Shown here: positions 62,837 to 64,000 of the stretch, piece by piece
Layout: each line of letters opens with the position of its first letter
How positions within the stretch are numbered: position 1 is the first letter of the stretch
Source of the DNA: Escherichia phage vB_EcoM_JS09
Length of the DNA: 64,000 nt
Sequence record: NC_024124.2
Strand: one strand, 5' to 3'
Made by a program: the position numbers and the translations under genes
The notes under the pieces: generated by a model
Told to the model about the DNA's origin: nothing
Seen by the model: only the letters and a program-made list of their open reading frames with translations
The model's database searches: none

Positions 62837-63154
62837 ATGATTAGTTTTGAGCGGTATGTGGTAGAGAGTTGGAAAGGTTTTGATATGTTCGGTAATGACT
62901 ATTATTTTTACGAATGTAATCTAAATCCTAGTTTTTGGGCTGGACGTGAACGAGATCTCGAAGAAATTAATGCTCGTGCCGAATTGTTAGGTGAACTGCC
63001 TACGGTTTATTTTACCTTTGATGAATCTGGATTTGTTATCCAGGTTTATTTTCCTGAAGAAAACTCTGGTGAGGATTCTGTTAATCCTCCTTATTGGGCT
63101 TACCAAGGAATTATTTCTCGTGGAACAAAACTCGAACTTAAAGAACAAGATTGA
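62837..63154 (+). CDS. hypothetical protein
   Basis: 105 aa. Confidence 0.55.
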   Translation: MISFERYVVESWKGFDMFGNDYYFYECNLNPSFWAGRERDLEEINARAELLGELPTVYFTFDESGFVIQVYFPEENSGEDSVNPPYWAYQGIISRGTKLELKEQD

Positions 63155-63443
63155 AATTTATGGCATCCCTGAAGAAGTAGGACGTTGTCCAGGATGTTAT
63201 ACTGTTACAAAACTTTTAAAGGAGCTCAATGCTCCTTATACATTTTATAAAGTCCTCACTAATAATGGTAAGATTGAATACGACCGTCCTTTAATCGTAT
63301 CTCTTGCTAAACGTGCAGGATTCACTTCACTTAATATTCGTTATCCTGTCATATTTTTAAATGATAAGAAACAAAAGAATATTGCAGAGTTTAAAAAGTC
63401 CTTGATTTCATTAGGATACGACTCTGATATCATAGAAGATTGA
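63120..63443 (+). CDS. glutaredoxin-like redoxin (NrdH-like)
   Basis: KIEIYGIPEEVGRCPGCYTVTKLL thioredoxin-fold CxxC; start uncertain (no in-frame ATG; GTG at 63120 proposed). Confidence 0.55.
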   Translation: MEQNSNLKNKIEIYGIPEEVGRCPGCYTVTKLLKELNAPYTFYKVLTNNGKIEYDRPLIVSLAKRAGFTSLNIRYPVIFLNDKKQKNIAEFKKSLISLGYDSDIIED

Positions 63444-63551
63444 CCAGGTGCCGCCTGGTCTTCTTTATCTCATTTCTAATATAATCCATTGGAATCTTCA
63501 CTTCACTATCTCCTTGTGCCCCTCTCAAATCGAAAATATTTTCATAAAACA

Positions 63552-63580
63552 GTTTACATCCTCAATAGATGTGTTAAGAT
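63552..63580 (+). promoter_or_regulatory. early promoter (GTTTAC / TAAGAT-like)
   Basis: Upstream of 63609 CDS. Confidence 0.4.
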
Positions 63581-63608
63581 TAAACCATCTACTATAGAGG
63601 AAAATAAA

Positions 63609-63791
63609 ATGACAATTGAAGATAAAGAAATTAAGGTCGACCAGTACTATTCTGTCAACGGTAATGCAGTACAGATAACCAGAGTTTCAAGCCTGGATGT
63701 TTGGTACCGTTCAATCAAATATCCAGAAATTGGTGAAATGCTTTGTGACCGTGGTATCTTCTGTTCAATTGCGAAGGAAATTAAGCCATGA
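63609..63791 (+). CDS. small hypothetical protein
   Basis: Track ORF 63489..; start at MTIEDKEIKV... after SD agagga. Confidence 0.45.
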   Translation: MTIEDKEIKVDQYYSVNGNAVQITRVSSLDVWYRSIKYPEIGEMLCDRGIFCSIAKEIKP

Positions 63792-64000
63792 TTAGTTTAG
63801 ATTCAAAGAAAGTTGTTCTAACCCTTAAAGTTAATGATGAGCGTCCAGTATTCGTTACCATTTCCGATTTGCATGTTGAAATTGCTAATGGCGTCCATAC
63901 TTATCAAACGTCTAAAACACATTGGGACTATATCCCAATGTTGACGCTTACTCAGCGTTTAGAATCAATCGGTCTTAAAGACCTTTCAGTAAGTGAAGTG
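63788..64000 (+). CDS. hypothetical protein (5' part; runs past window end)
   Basis: ATGA-coupled start; MISLDSKKVVLTLKVNDERPVFV... Confidence 0.4.
   Translation, partial: MISLDSKKVVLTLKVNDERPVFVTISDLHVEIANGVHTYQTSKTHWDYIPMLTLTQRLESIGLKDLSVSEV

Overview
This window is a contiguous segment of a T4-like (Tevenvirinae, T4-type) myovirus genome; many proteins are near-identical to T4 proteins as I recall them. Positions 1-26551 carry the late morphogenesis block on the minus strand in T4 order: 22 (partial), 21, 68, 67, 20, 19, 18, 17, 16, 15, 14, 13, wac, 12, 11, 10, 9, 8, 7, 6, 5.4, 5.1, 5, 53, with TATAAATA late promoters and GC-stem hairpins between genes. From about 26579 the plus strand carries 4, 2, 3, 1, 57A, 57B (Acb1-type 2H phosphoesterase), an internal-protein gene, two tRNAs (CAT and Arg-TCT) followed by a probable small-RNA region, a block of small accessory ORFs, nudE, e and denV with further internal-protein genes, a GrcA-like glycyl-radical cofactor, regB, a TARG1/DarG-like macrodomain, tk, rI, a block of large unknown proteins (nucleotidyltransferase-fold, AAA+ ATPase, three coiled-coil proteins), nrdC, gene 49, an intron-less nrdD, nrdG and a glutaredoxin-like gene. 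The early region is punctuated by at least 20 copies of a GTTTAC...TATAGT early-promoter cassette with embedded inverted repeats. No CRISPR array, integrase or transposase was seen. The most notable observations are the macrodomain as a candidate counter-defence gene, the repeated promoter/stem-loop cassettes, the multiple capsid-targeting-sequence genes, a perfect 87-bp in-frame duplication in the short tail fibre gene, a truncated denV duplicate, and the NTase-fold/AAA+ gene pair. All homology calls are from memory and motif reading; no database search was run. CDS coordinates derive from the supplied ORF track with starts adjusted by codon counting; promoter and hairpin coordinates were read from the text and may be off by 1-2 nt.
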